This document shows positions 36,229-47,631 of a stretch of DNA of 64,000 nt, piece after piece. The notes under the pieces are model-generated. The model was not told the DNA's origin. It worked only from the letters and a program-made list of their open reading frames with translations, and made no database searches. The translations under genes and the position numbers were made by a program. How positions within the stretch are numbered: position 1 is the first letter of the stretch; every line of letters starts with the position of its first letter. Source of the DNA: Leucoraja erinacea (Eukaryota). The stretch is taken from contig NC_073387.1 in NCBI RefSeq assembly GCF_028641065.1, positions 21,700,001 to 21,764,000 on the forward strand, written 5' to 3'.

Positions 36229-36608
36229 ATAGACAATAGACAATGGGTGCAGGAGTAAGATATTCGACCCTTCGAGCCAGCACCGCCATTCAATGTGATC
36301 ATGGCTGATCATCCTCAATCAGTACCTCGTCCCTGCCTTCTCCCCATATCCCCTGACTTCGCTATCTTTAAGAGCCTCATATAGCTCTCCCTCGAAAGTA
36401 TCCAGAGAACCGGCCTCCACCGCCCCCCGAGGCAGAGAATTCCACAGACTCACAACTCTCTGTGTGAAAAAGAGTTTCCTCATCTCCGTTCCAAATGACT
36501 TACCCATTATTCTTAAACTGTGGCCCCTGGTTCTGGACTGCCCTAACATCGGGAACATGTTTCCTGCCTCTAGCGTCCAAACCGTTAATAATCGTAGAAG
36601 TTTCAATA
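36229..36608 (-). mobile_element. CR1-type LINE 3' fragment
   Basis: MFPMLGQSRTRGHSL...FFTQRVVSLWNSLP; (CTATTGT)n tail; same family as 12440-14130. Confidence 0.88.
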
Positions 36609-36722
36609 ATCGCTTGGGTAGTTACACCCCAGCGGTATGAATATTGACCTCCAATTTCAGGTAGTCCTTGTTTTCTCCCTCCTTCCCCTCCCCTTTCCCA
36701 GCTCTCCCACAAGCCCATTGTC

Positions 36723-36761
<39 letters not shown>

Positions 36762-36865
36762 ACACACATCAGTCTGAAGAAGGGTCTTGACCTGAAACGT
36801 CGCATATTCCTTCTCTCCATAGATGCTGCCTCATCCTCTGAATTTCTCCAGCATATTTGTCTACC
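36609..36865 (+). mobile_element. Penelope-like element 3' fragment (GIY-YIG C-terminus remnant + terminal repeat)
   Basis: CGCTTGGGTAGTTACACCCCAGCGGTATGAATATTGAC..AATTTCAGGTAG reads RLGS(L)HPSGMNID..NFR*, the L-x-P-x-G-[LM]-N end of PLE endonucleases; followed by a C-rich tract and the hammerhead motif. Confidence 0.72.
36771..36804 (+). ncRNA. Minimal type I hammerhead ribozyme motif
   Basis: CUGAAGA + A + helix II GGGUC-UU-GACCU + GAAA + CG + UC (cleavage position 36801); helix III is reduced to the palindrome ACGU and helix I is very short. Confidence 0.6.
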
Positions 36866-37019
36866 CCCATTCTTATAAAGTCACATTGGCTTAAAATGTT
36901 AAAGTTGAAGTGTATGTCCATAGTTATATTTGTTGGTAACTTGAACTCTTATTATTCCCGTACATTCAACTCATCTATGATGTAATTGGAAGTCTGATTA
37001 CGTGGGATAGTTATTCTAC

Positions 37020-37558
37020 GGATGTAATGTAGAAAGTAATTTTTCAGGACGCATCACAGCATGGTTTGGGAACAGCTCCATCCAAGACCGTACGAAAATG
37101 CAGAAAACTGTTGATGCCGCCCAGGACATCGCAGAAACCAAACTCTTTTGCTGATACTCCGTTTACACCTCACGCTACCTCGGCAAGGCCACCAGCATAA
37201 TCAAGGACTAGTCCGGACCCCGGTAACTCCCTCTTGTCCCCTCAGGCAAAAGGGATACGTGTGGAAATGCACATCTACAGATTCTGGGACATTTGCTTCC
37301 CAGCTGTTATCAGGTAACTGAATTATTCCATCAACAACTGGAGCGCGATCCTCAGCTACTATGTACCTCATTGGAGTCTCTCTGACGATCTTTAATCGGA
37401 CATTACTGGACTTTCTCCTGCACTAAACTTATTCCCTTGATCATGTATCTGTAAACCATGGTTGGCTCGATCCTAATCTTCTATTGTCTGGTTAGTACGC
37501 AGCAAAAGCTTTTCACTGATCCTCATTGACCATAAAATAAACTAAAATAAACTAAACT
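37020..37558 (+). mobile_element. Rex1/Babar-type 3' fragment
   Basis: ITAWFGNSSIQDR.KMQKTVDAAQDI remnant, parallel to [26 protein letters not shown] of the 38447 ORF; (TAAAC)-like tail; matching 3' tip on the minus strand at 35900-35975. Confidence 0.65.
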
Positions 37559-38364
37559 TGCCGAGCCATTGGCACTATTGCCTTTGAGCACACATGTCTC
37601 GAGAATGCTTACTAATCGCTCTGGCTCCGTGGGTCGGAAATCCGCCCTGAACAGTAATTATTTTATCGTGTTGATCAACTGAAAGAAACAAAGAGCAAGG
37701 AGAAACTGCTTCTTTCCAGGGTGGAGTTCACTGGAGAGTCACAGGGTGGAGGCTATGGCCCCAGTAATTGATAATCTATATCATTCATTCGGAGAAACCG
37801 AGCCTGTAATATATCCAGATCTGTTAGTAGTAGAAAGCACTGCAATTTGAAATATAACTAGAAACGGAATTGGATCTGTGGAGTATGATCAAATGGAATG
37901 AACTGTTCGGAAGATGGCAGATGCCATACAACATGGACAAATTATGGGGCCATCCATATAGGTAGGAAGAACAAAAAGCAAATCAGAGTCGTTTTCACGG
38001 TGAGAAATTTAAATGCATTGCTTTTCAAAGAAACGGGTTGGCTGGCATAATTATTATTCAAAATCAATAGCAGCAATGACAATATCTTAGGCGAGCGGGC
38101 AACGTTCTATGTTTTTTATATTTCCTACTGGTTTACTATTGACGAGTATATTAAGGGTCAACGAGGTAAAGATGGTATGACAGCATTTGAAATTTTGCAC
38201 AGAAATCTGGCTTCGCTGCATAATTAAGAGCATACTAGCGATCGGGGCAATTCTTTGAACGAACGCCAAGCAATTGAATCGTCAATGAGGAAGATTGTAC
38301 CTGTAGGCATATGTTTATATTAAGTTGGGTTACTTAAGGAGCCAGACAGGGTGAGTGCAACACT

Positions 38365-41125
38365 AAGTTGGAGGGACTTATGCTACACAGAGCTGATAGA
38401 GTAGCCTCGCTAGCTGGTAAGGCAAGGGGGGGGGGGGGGGCTGGCTGTGTATGTGAACAGATCATGGTGCCGGGATGCTGTGGTGATTTCCACCTACTGC
38501 TCACCCCACGTGGAGCTAATGACTGTGAAATGCCGACCCTTCTACCTACCCAGAGAACTAACAGCTGTCTTCATAACCGCTGACTATGTACCACCGAGCG
38601 CGGACGTGAAAGAGGCTATGACAGTGCTCTATAACAACATCAGTGAGCAGCAGAGGGAACATCCAGATGCTTTCTTCATGGCAGCGGGGGACTTCAACCA
38701 GGCAAGTCTCAAATCTGTTCTGCCTAAATTCTACCAGCACGTGAACATTGCAACCAGGGGGAAGAACAAACTAGACCTGGTGTACACCAACATTAAAGAT
38801 GCATATAAAGCAGCCCCCCTCCCCCATATCGGCAACTCTGACCACTTAGCGGTCATGCTCACACCTGCATATAGACCCAGGGTGAAACAGGACAGGCCAA
38901 CGGTCAAAGATGTCAGAACATGGCCACAGGGAGCAACGGCAGCACTACAGGACTGTTTTGAAACCACACAGTGGGCCATCTTCAGAGAGGCAGCAACAGA
39001 CGACAGTGGCATCAACCTCCAAGAATATACAGAATCCGTCATCGCATACATCAACAAATGTATTGAGGATGTAACGGTGGTAAAAACCATCAGGAGGCGT
39101 GCCAATCAGAAACCTTGGCTAACTGGGGAAGTGTGTTCCCTACTGAGAATCCGGAATGCGGCATTCAAATCTGGGGACAACGAAGCATACAAACTGGCAA
39201 GGGGTAACCTATCCCGGGGGATCAGGGAAGCGAAGAGGCTGTACGGACAAAAGCTCAATAGCCACTTCGAAAATGAAAAAGACACACGCCGCTTGTGGCA
39301 GGGATTTCAGACCATCACTGACTACAAGCCTCCCCCGATGCGGATATGCCAAAGCAACCCCTCCCTACCAGATGAACTGAACGAGTTCTACGCACGGTTT
39401 GAGGTTAAAAACAGCACCCAGACACGTGCACCACTGCCATCTCCCAGTGACCAGTCGCTCAGGCTGTCCGCAGCCAGAGTTAAAAAGGCCTTCGCCAGCG
39501 TCAATCCACGCAAAGCTGCAGGGCCGGACAACATTCCTGGATGCGTTCTAAGAGACTGTGCCGAGCAACTGAAGGATGTCTTCACAGACATTTTTAACAT
39601 CTCACTCTGCCAGGCAGTAGTGCCGAATTGTCTTAAGAGTGCCACCATCGTCCCTGTACCGAAGAAACCAAACCCAGCCTGCCATAACGACTTTCGACCA
39701 GTGGCCCTAACACCCATTGTAATGAAGTGTTTTGAGCGACTAGTTATGCAGCACATCAAAAACAGTCTACCTGCCGACCTAGACCCACTGCAGTTCGCCT
39801 ACAGAGCCAACCGATCCACAGAGGACGCAGTCTCAACAACACTGAACCTCGTGTTGTCACATCTCGATCGGAAAAACACCTATGCCAGGATCCTCTTCAT
39901 AGACTTCAGCTCCGCTTTCAACACAATCATCCCGCAGCAGCTGGTGGAGAAGTTGGAGCTGTTGGGGGTTGATGCTGGCACATGTAGCTGGGTCCTGAAC
40001 TTCCTGTCGCAGCGGCAGCAGACAGTCAGGGTGGGCAGTAGGACATCAAAAACGATAGCCGTGAGCACTGGCTCACCCCAAGGCTGTGTCCTAAGCCCCC
40101 TTCTGTTTAGTCTGCTGACACACGACTGTACTGCCAGACTCAATAACAACGTCATCAGCAAGTTCGCTGTTGACACAACAGTAGTGGGTCTCATCAGTGA
40201 CAACGATGAATCGGCGTACAGGATGGAGGTGGAGCTGCTCACAGGTTGGTGCAAATCCCACAACCTCATTCTTAACGTGGGAAAAACTAAGGAGATGGTG
40301 GTTGACTTCAGGAGGGCGGGGAAACAACACCATACACCTCTGCACATCGACGGAGCTGATGTGGAAAGGGTCAGCAGCATGAAGTTCCTAGGACTACACC
40401 TGTCTGATGACCTGACGTCCACGGCCAACACCACAGCTCTGGTCAAGAGAGCCCAGCAGCGACTTCACCCCCTCCGAAGACTACGGAAAGCAGGCCTCCC
40501 CACCACACACCGACGGACTTTTTACAGGGGGACTGTTGAGAGCACACTGACATACGGCATCACTTCCTGGTCCGGGAGCTGCAAGGCGTACGATCGTCAC
40601 CAACTGGACAGGATAGTGAAGACCGCAAGCAGGATTATTGGTGCTCCACTCCCCTTCCTGCTGGACATATACAAGAAGAGATGCATCAACAGAGCCATCT
40701 CCATCATCAAAGACCCTTACCACCCATCGCATGACTTTTTCACCATCCTCCCATCTGGGAAGAGGTACAGGAGCATCAGCTGCAAAACCAGCAGGATGCT
40801 CCTCAGCTTCTTCCCACAGGCTATAAGACTGTTAAATGAACTTTCCCCCCTGCCAAGTATCGCGCACAAACACCCCGCTGCCGGTCGGAACGGCTGTTGA
40901 ATGTTATTGAATGTTATTAGAGGGTTAAATTGTTCATGACATGTATTTTAACTTTAATTGCTATTTATTTTGTAACGAAAACTGAATGGACACTGGTTGA
41001 GAAACGTTTTTTTGTTTCCTCTGAGTATGCGAATACTCAGGAAATGACAATAAAGATTTACAATTACAATTACAATTACAATTACAATTACAATTACAAT
41101 TACAATTACAATTACAAATTACAAT
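38365..41125 (+). mobile_element. Rex1/Babar-clade LINE, 5'-truncated, young copy
   Basis: 817-aa ORF 38447..40900 with APE motifs (GDFN, LDL, SDH) and RT motifs ([55 protein letters not shown]); 3' hairpin + TGACAATAAAG + (TACAAT)n tail. Confidence 0.92.
38447..40900 (+). CDS. LINE ORF2-like endonuclease/reverse transcriptase (partial; FADD changed to FAVD)
   Basis: Uninterrupted 817-codon frame; extends upstream (LMLHRADR...GKARGGG) across a G15 frameshift at 38426-38440. Confidence 0.8.
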   Translation: MYVNRSWCRDAVVISTYCSPHVELMTVKCRPFYLPRELTAVFITADYVPPSADVKEAMTVLYNNISEQQREHPDAFFMAAGDFNQASLKSVLPKFYQHVNIATRGKNKLDLVYTNIKDAYKAAPLPHIGNSDHLAVMLTPAYRPRVKQDRPTVKDVRTWPQGATAALQDCFETTQWAIFREAATDDSGINLQEYTESVIAYINKCIEDVTVVKTIRRRANQKPWLTGEVCSLLRIRNAAFKSGDNEAYKLARGNLSRGIREAKRLYGQKLNSHFENEKDTRRLWQGFQTITDYKPPPMRICQSNPSLPDELNEFYARFEVKNSTQTRAPLPSPSDQSLRLSAARVKKAFASVNPRKAAGPDNIPGCVLRDCAEQLKDVFTDIFNISLCQAVVPNCLKSATIVPVPKKPNPACHNDFRPVALTPIVMKCFERLVMQHIKNSLPADLDPLQFAYRANRSTEDAVSTTLNLVLSHLDRKNTYARILFIDFSSAFNTIIPQQLVEKLELLGVDAGTCSWVLNFLSQRQQTVRVGSRTSKTIAVSTGSPQGCVLSPLLFSLLTHDCTARLNNNVISKFAVDTTVVGLISDNDESAYRMEVELLTGWCKSHNLILNVGKTKEMVVDFRRAGKQHHTPLHIDGADVERVSSMKFLGLHLSDDLTSTANTTALVKRAQQRLHPLRRLRKAGLPTTHRRTFYRGTVESTLTYGITSWSGSCKAYDRHQLDRIVKTASRIIGAPLPFLLDIYKKRCINRAISIIKDPYHPSHDFFTILPSGKRYRSISCKTSRMLLSFFPQAIRLLNELSPLPSIAHKHPAAGRNGC

Positions 41126-41187
41126 CCTTACTATGGCATGTGTGTCTAGAACAGGAGATCACTGTCCCAAAATAAACGTTTCCAATT

Positions 41188-41482
41188 AGGTTTTTTTTGG
41201 AGATACAGCGCGAAACCAGACCCTTCGGTTCATCGAGTCCGCGCCAACCAACGACCCCCGAACACTTACACTATCATATACACGCAAGGGAAATTTTCCA
41301 ATTATACCAAGACAATTAGCCTACAAACCTGTACGTATTTGGAGTGTTGGAGGAAACCGGAGCACCCGGAAAAACCCAAGCAAGTCCCCGGAGAACGAAC
41401 AGACACCGTACAGACAAGCACCCGTAGTCAGGATCGAACCAAGTTCTATGGCGCTATGAGGCAGCACATCTACCGCTGCGCC
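41188..41482 (-). mobile_element. HE1/V-SINE-like SINE
   Basis: Minus strand TGGCGCAGCGGTAGA (A box), GGTTCGATCC (B box) and shared core. Confidence 0.8.
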
Positions 41483-42850
41483 AATTAGTATTCAGATAAA
41501 GAATTTCATAATTCACAGCATATTGAACTTTTTCAATTCTTGACCGAAAAAAACAGCAGGCTTAATCACTAGTATATTAATGATCAGTAGATTTGGAAAT
41601 GTTAGGAGTATTAAGGAAAATTGGACTAAGTAAAACACTCCGACGAATGACGGAGCAGGATGGGGCCTAATTCTTCACATCTGCTTCGGTTTCATATTGT
41701 TTTTAAACGTAGCCACATAAATAACGCATGTAACTTCATTCTGCACTGAGCCGGACCCGTTTAGCAATGATGGCACTGTTGATAATTTGGACACACATGC
41801 CATGCAATATGTACATTTTTTCTTTTGCCACCCTCTGCCTATTTTTAGGTTGTTTAATACAGAAGCGTTATGACTCACATTCACGTTGAGGTCTGAACGG
41901 AAATTCCCATGAAGATCTTGATGCAATCTGCCTTTAAACGGCCAGGATAAATATGTAATCAGTTCCTACAATTGTCCAGGATAGACTGATATATCGAGCG
42001 AATTTGTCATCTGCTGGGTATAAATTAAGTTATTTACACGTGTAACATCTTAATTTCGAGAAGTCCCCAGGTATTGGATGGTATTGCAGGGTAGAACCTT
42101 GTCAAATTTACGGATACGTAAGTGCAACACGTAGTTTCAATTTTATTTCCAAGTTTATTAATATATTTAACTACATTTCTTCGCTCGACGAGAAGAAGAA
42201 ATGGAATCATCTCTACCAAAGATTATTATATAGACAAGTAAAAACAAAACAACAGGAATGTGACAGGAGTTAGCCATTCAGCCAGTCACACCCCTTCCAC
42301 TATTGGATAATATGATGACAGGTATTTTACCTCAACTTCCCTGGACTAATCCAATATCCAGTGTTCCATGTAAAGTCCAAAAGTATCTGTTGATCTCTGA
42401 CAAATAAAGTTTTATATATTTCAACCACGTTCCTTCTATACTTTTTTTCCCAAGCTACATACCAAGTCGAATAAAACCATTCGGAGACCGGATTCAAAGA
42501 ATAGTCCCAAGGCACATGGGGATGTATGGGTGTCTGGTTAATCAAAGATAGACAGAAAAACCTGCAGTAACTCAGCGGGTCAGACAGTATCTCTGGAGAC
42601 AAGGTATAGGTGGCGTTTCAGGTCGAGATCCTTGTTAATCGTAATCGTTTTCAGAGTGTGGACCAGGTTATTTTTTGTTACCTAAAATAAATGTTAAATA
42701 ATTATATTAAGGTGTTCGTTTACCAGCCAGCAATTTATCATTGTGCGGTGTTGTGTGCTCGCATATTAACAACAAAATGTCCCCAAAAATGTAATCAGGT
42801 ACAATCAATTTATTCATCCTTATTACGTGCGTGAAGAACGTGCAATTATA

Positions 42851-43607
42851 TTCAAAGTCAAAGTCAAAGTATCCTTTATTGTCATTCAGACCTTTCAGTC
42901 TGAACGAAATTTCGTGCCCTGCAGTCATAACACAGAATAAAATAACTATAATGAACACAATTTAACATCTACCACAGTGAGTCCACCAGGCTGTCCTCAC
43001 AGTGATGGAAGGCCAAAGTCTTAAAGTCCTTGTCTCTTCCCTCCTTGTTCTCCCTCTACGTTGAGGTGATCCAGGCTTCCCATGTTGTGATCCCGCCGGG
43101 TGATGGTAAGGCCCGCGGCCGATTCCGAGCTCCGCGAACGGGCCGGTTCAAAATCCGCGGCCCGGGGCAGACGAAGCTGCCACCCGCCAGTCCAGCGGAC
43201 GAAGCTGTTGTTCCGTGAGCTCCGGAGAACCGGCCCCCAACCTGGGACCTGCGAGCTCCCGAGGTTGTCATCCACTGGGCTCGCGGGAAAGTCCACTGGG
43301 CCCGCCGCCAAGCCTCCGAAGCTCCGAGTTGGGTCGCCGCCGCCGCAAGGCCACCACAGCCCCGAAGTCGGCCAGCTGGTAAGTCCTGGCTCTGCCTCCG
43401 GAGCCTCGAAGTCTGTCCCAGTTGGAGGCCGCCAGCTCCGCTATTGGGCCTCAGCGCAGACGGAGACGGAGACGGGGGATACGACAAGAAAAGGTCGCAC
43501 CCCCCCCCCCCCCCCCTCCCCCCAAGGAAGAGACCACCCCCCCACACACACACACACACATACACAACCAAACCAAACCGAATAAACTAAAACAACAGGA
43601 CATAAGA
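42851..43607 (-). mobile_element. GC-rich non-coding retroelement (same family as 62130-62905), interrupted by a CR1 LINE
   Basis: (TGACTT)n tail, TGACAATAAAG, hairpin TTCAGAC/GTCTGAA; colinear with the 62130 copy. Confidence 0.75.
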
Positions 43608-45254
43608 GCCAAAAAGGGATGGGGGAGATATTGAACAGTTTCTTTTCTTCGGTATTCACCAAGGAGAAGGATATTGAATTATGTGACGTAAGGGAAACAA
43701 GTAGAGTAGCTATGGAAACTATGAGGATCAAAGAAGAGGAAGTACTGACACTTTTGAGAAATATAAAAGTGGATAAGTCTCCAGGTCCGGACAGGATATT
43801 CCCTAGGACATTGAGGGAAGTTAGTGTAGAGCAGGGGCTATGGCTTCAAATGTCATTCACACAGGATGGCGTTGCGCATCCAGGGGTCTGTAAACTAAGT
43901 GTTGGATCACAAAACAAGAATACTTAGAGATAAATATATAAGATCTGGATAAAATGATTAGGAACAGTCAACATGGATTTGTGCCTGGAAGGTCTTGTTT
44001 AACTAATCTTCTTGAATTTTTTGAAGATGTTACTCGTGAAATTGATGAGGGTAAAGCAGTGGATGTTGTGTATATGGACTTCAGTAAGGCCTTTGACAAG
44101 GTTCCTCATGGAAGGTTGGTTAAGAAGGTTCAATGGTTGGGTATTAATGGTGGAGTAGCAAGATGATTCAACAGTGGCTGAATGGGAGATGCCAGAGAGT
44201 AATGGTGGATGGTTGTTTGTCAGGTTGGAGGCCAGTGACGAGTGGGATGCAACAGGGATCTGTGTTGGGTCCACTGTTGTTTGTCATGTACATCAATGAT
44301 CTGGATGATGGTGTGGTAAATTGGATTAGTAAATATGCAGATGATACTAAGATAGGTGGGGTTGCGGGTAATGAAGTAGAGTTTCAAAGTCTACAGAGAG
44401 ATTTATGCCAGTTGGAAGAGTGGGCTGAAAGATGGCAGATGGAGTTTAATGCTGATAAGTGTGAGGTGCTACATCTTGGCAGGACAAATCAAAATAGGAC
44501 GTACATGGTAAATGGTAGGGAATTGAAGAATGTAGGTGAACAGAGGGATCTGGAAATAACTGTGCACAGTTCCCTGAAAGTGGAATCTCATGTAGATAGG
44601 GTGGTAAAGAAAGCTTTTGGTGTGCTGGCCTTTATAAATCAGAGCATTGAGTATAGAAGTTGGGATGTAATGTTAAAATTGTACAAGGCATTGGTGAGGC
44701 CAATTCTGGAGTATGGTGTACAATTTTAGTCGTCTAATTATAGGAAGGATGTCAACAAAATAGAGAGAGTACAGAGGAGATTTACTAGAATGTTGCCTGG
44801 GTTTCAGCAACTAAGTTACAGAGAAAGGTTGAACAAGTTAGGGCTTTATTCTTTGGAGCGCAGAAGGTTAAGGGGGGACTTGATAGAGGTTTTTAAAATG
44901 ATGAGAGGGATAGACATAGTTGACATGGAAAAGCTTTTCCCACTGAGAGTAGGGAAGATTCAAACAAGGGGACATGACATGAGAATTAAGGGACTGAAGT
45001 TTAGGGGTAACATGAACTTCTTTACTCAGAGAGTGGTAGCTGTGTAGAATGAGCTTCCAGTGAAGGTGGTGGAGGCAGGTTCGTTTTTATCATTTAAAAA
45101 TAAATTGGATAGTTATATGGATGGGAAGGGAATGGAGGGTTACGGTCTGAGCGCAGGTATATGGGACTAGGGGAGATTATGTGTTCGGCACGGACTAGAA
45201 GGGTCGAGATGGCCTGTTTCCGTGCTGTAATTGTTATATGGATATTATATGGTT
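43608..45254 (+). mobile_element. 5'-truncated CR1-type LINE with ATAAGA target-site duplication
   Basis: MGEILNSFFSSVFT, DKSPGPD, SQHGF..GRSCLTNL and KYADDTKIGG; stops and an internal deletion; (GTTATAT)-like tail; ATAAGA at 43602-43607 and 45255-45260. Confidence 0.92.
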
Positions 45255-45783
45255 ATAAGAAAAACAAACAAAAAAAGACACAGACGCTAGATTCCATGAG
45301 ACGCAGGCTGGATCACACAAACTTCATCCACTGAACAAGTCTGGATCACAACAAGTAGGGATTAAGATGACATGGAAATGTCCAAGGCAATTAAAACCCG
45401 GAACCTTATGCCGAAAGGCTACTGCTTGGATGTCAGCCTCTCGATCCTACCGCTATTGCCATTTGGATTTAAGCTAATCCCGCTTCCTCTCTTACCAAAT
45501 GCAGATGAATCGTAATGAAGTCCTCCATTCAGAGGATTTTCTGTACAATGCAGCTGAAGTTATGTGAGGACGAGGTCTCACCAGTGCTGCAAGCGAATGT
45601 TTAACTGCATTCAACAGGAATAGTTGCAATAAGCTTATGTCGCTGCTTTTATAGTTTGGGGGACATTGAGAGACATTTGAAAGCAAAGTGACTACATTAA
45701 GCATTTAGAAGAAATTTATTTAAACAAATAAAAATAAATGGAAATAATACATTTTATTAAATAAATCAGTACGTTCAACTGCT

Positions 45784-46128
45784 GGGTCGCCACTGTGGCT
45801 CACGTGCTTGAGGCGAAGCCCAGCAATGTCAGAGAGCCGATTATAATCCTGAACTCCGGTACTGTGTGCATAGATTTGCACTTACTACTTGTGAACACGT
45901 GAGTTTCTTCCCGGTGCTCCGTTTCCTCCCACATTCCAATGACATGAAAGTAGGTTAATTGATCAATATAAACCGTTCATAATGTGCAGGCAGTAGAATA
46001 TTGGAGAAATTGATGTGAATGTAGGAAGTGTTTACTTTAAAATTACGATAAGTGTTGAATTAGGGTAAATGTGCGTTGGCGTCAGCGTGGACTAAGTGGG
46101 TCGAATGACCTTATTCGTGTTATATCAT
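45784..46128 (+). mobile_element. Old V-SINE-like SINE
   Basis: Degenerate tRNA head and core CGTGAGTTTCTTCCCGGTGCTCCG..TTCCTCCCACATTCC. Confidence 0.6.
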
Positions 46129-46569
46129 CCTGCGATATTACGACTGTGACCCCTCAACTCAGTGTGCTCAAGAATTGCCCATGAACTCAATGGTCGAAAT
46201 ATATTGATCATTTTATTCACTATAGTCCATGAAATGACAAGCCAATAGTGCAAGTGGGTGAAGCTGCTCGCTGCATTGAATCGATGGGCTTCAACTATCA
46301 GTTAAAGCACGGATTGACACCAGAACTGAAAGGCAACTCAACACAGCAAGCAAAGACTGCATTTTTAGCATTTATAGAGAGCATTGCAGCAACAGACCCA
46401 TGTTACTTCCAGGCGACCCTGCAAAGCACGAGCATGGGCAAACATACATACAGTGACATGTGAAACATACAACGGCAAATGCAGGGATTGCCCCGGATCA
46501 CAATAGCATGCAAACATTGCGTCGAGTAAGATACCGGTTCTTCGATAACTATAAAATGCAAGCGAGACG

Positions 46570-46695
46570 TGTGAAACCTCGGATGCTGGAATCTCAAGTA
46601 AAACATAAAATGTTGGCGGAACTCAATGGGTCAGGCAGCATTTCTGGAGGTAATGGAAAGACGACGTTTTGGGTTGGGGGTCTTCTTCAGACTGA
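46570..46695 (-). repeat. Penelope-derived terminal-repeat fragment
   Basis: Minus strand CAGTCTGAAGAAGACCCCCAACCCAAAACGTCG...ATGCTGCCTGACCC. Confidence 0.65.
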
Positions 46696-47351
46696 TTGCC
46701 TTCTGTTGAAGTCCGTAGCACCCTAAAAGTTGTAACATAAATAGATGGATTCGGATGAGGCGTTAGAAAATGAGATAGCATTGTCAGATGGAATGTAATC
46801 CCGATTAGTGCAAGATGATGGGACGCACAATAGGTATAGATGATCAGCCATGATCACATTGAATGGTGGTGCTAGCTCGAAGGGCCGACCGGCCTACTCC
46901 TGCATCTATTGTTTATTGTCTATTTCTATTGTCTATTGTTTATGAAATATATAGTAAATTAAGGGTATGATCAATATAAATGAATAGAGAGACACAGGGG
47001 AGTAAATCCATATTTGCCTAGACGTTGCGACACAGATGCGTAGGATGATAAACTCATGTAACATGCTACCCTTTCAGAGTTCTGTCATATGATATAATAA
47101 TTGGTCTATTGCAAGTTTACAAACCACTGTTTTGACCGCCCTTGGAGTATTGTGCGCGGTTCGGGTGGCTACATTTTAGAAAATATGTGATTGAACTCAA
47201 GTGACTGCAGAGATATGTGTCTCTGTCTTGTTTAAAGGACTTTGGCTACTCCTGCACCTATTGTCTATTGTCTATATGCCAGTAAGAGGCATAGCTAGGG
47301 CTAAGTTTTCTTTTTGCCAAGGTGGGTGTATCAAAAATAAGAGGCCATAGT

Positions 47352-47631
47352 TTTAGTTAAGATTAGTTTAAAGAACGTGGAAACAGGCACAGGCCCATCA
47401 TTGATTACCTGTTCACACCAGTTCTGCTCTTCCAACACAACAGAGATAATTTATCATGGCAGATTAACATACACGCACATATATCCTCGGGATGCAGAAG
47501 GACAGAGGAGTTCCCGGAGGAAACCAATCCGTTCACAGGGAGAACGTGCAGGCTCCGCACAGAGAGCACCTGAAGTCAGGATCGAACGCGCATCTCTGGC
47601 GCGTTGAGGTAGTAGCTCTACCAGCTGCGTC
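47352..47631 (-). mobile_element. HE1/V-SINE-like SINE
   Basis: Minus strand TGACGCAGCTGGTAGAGC...GTTCGATCCTGAC and core. Confidence 0.7.

Noticed and set aside
41057-41125. (TACAAT)n array and the 62575-62780 repeat as CRISPR-like arrays
   Set aside because: Eukaryotic locus; no unique spacers of constant length; explained as a LINE tail and a minisatellite.
43021-43634. GC-rich ORFs in 43021-43634, 28527-29000 and 62504-62806
   Set aside because: Open frames on both strands reflect high GC in repeats; frames are not conserved between the homologous copies.
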